Below, in pieces: positions 33,682-33,683 of a stretch of DNA of 33,683 nucleotides. The notes under the pieces are model-generated. The model was not told where the DNA came from and searched no databases. It worked only from the letters and a program-made list of their open reading frames with translations. Every line of letters starts with the position of its first letter. The first letter of the stretch is position 1. The stretch comes from Thermoplasmata archaeon (lineage in GTDB: Archaea; Thermoplasmatota; Thermoplasmata; Lutacidiplasmatales; UBA184). The translations under genes were made by a program, and so were the position numbers. The stretch covers positions 1 to 33,683 of the forward strand of contig JASHWW010000071.1 of NCBI GenBank assembly GCA_030043855.1, given 5' to 3'.

Positions 33682-33683
33682 GT

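Overview
Very GC-rich (roughly 70% or more, by eye), gene-dense archaeal chromosomal segment, most likely from a high-GC Thermoplasmata lineage. The archaeal assignment rests on ribosomal protein L40e, archease, KEOPS Pcc1, a type-2 IleRS, TrmI, a CCA-less tRNA-Gly with an A73 discriminator, and TATA-like boxes about 22-29 nt before most unit-leading start codons. About 36 CDS are supportable: two ABC systems, a Cys-less A-type-carrier/SufT fusion, NSAR/OSBS and its GNAT partner, an ArsR-SRPBCC-DUF1801 cassette, a secreted 4xFN3 glycoprotein, a DUF4129/DUF58/MoxR cluster, a serA/serC-like pair, GT2, AMMECR1, a bactofilin-like protein, a fused EtfB-EtfA, and DUF1028-Pcc1. I found no mobile element, integrase or CRISPR array. 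The best unexplained signal is the gap before moxR, which folds into a two-hairpin box H/ACA guide RNA (19207-19365). Each hairpin has a K-turn and an ACA box exactly 14 nt from the pocket. Hairpin 2 matches 23S rRNA helix 69 U1915, and hairpin 1 plausibly targets U2586 (E. coli numbering). Also notable, the archease gene has no canonical in-frame start upstream of its conserved N-terminal motif and may begin at ACG. All family assignments come from motif recognition by eye, not database searches.
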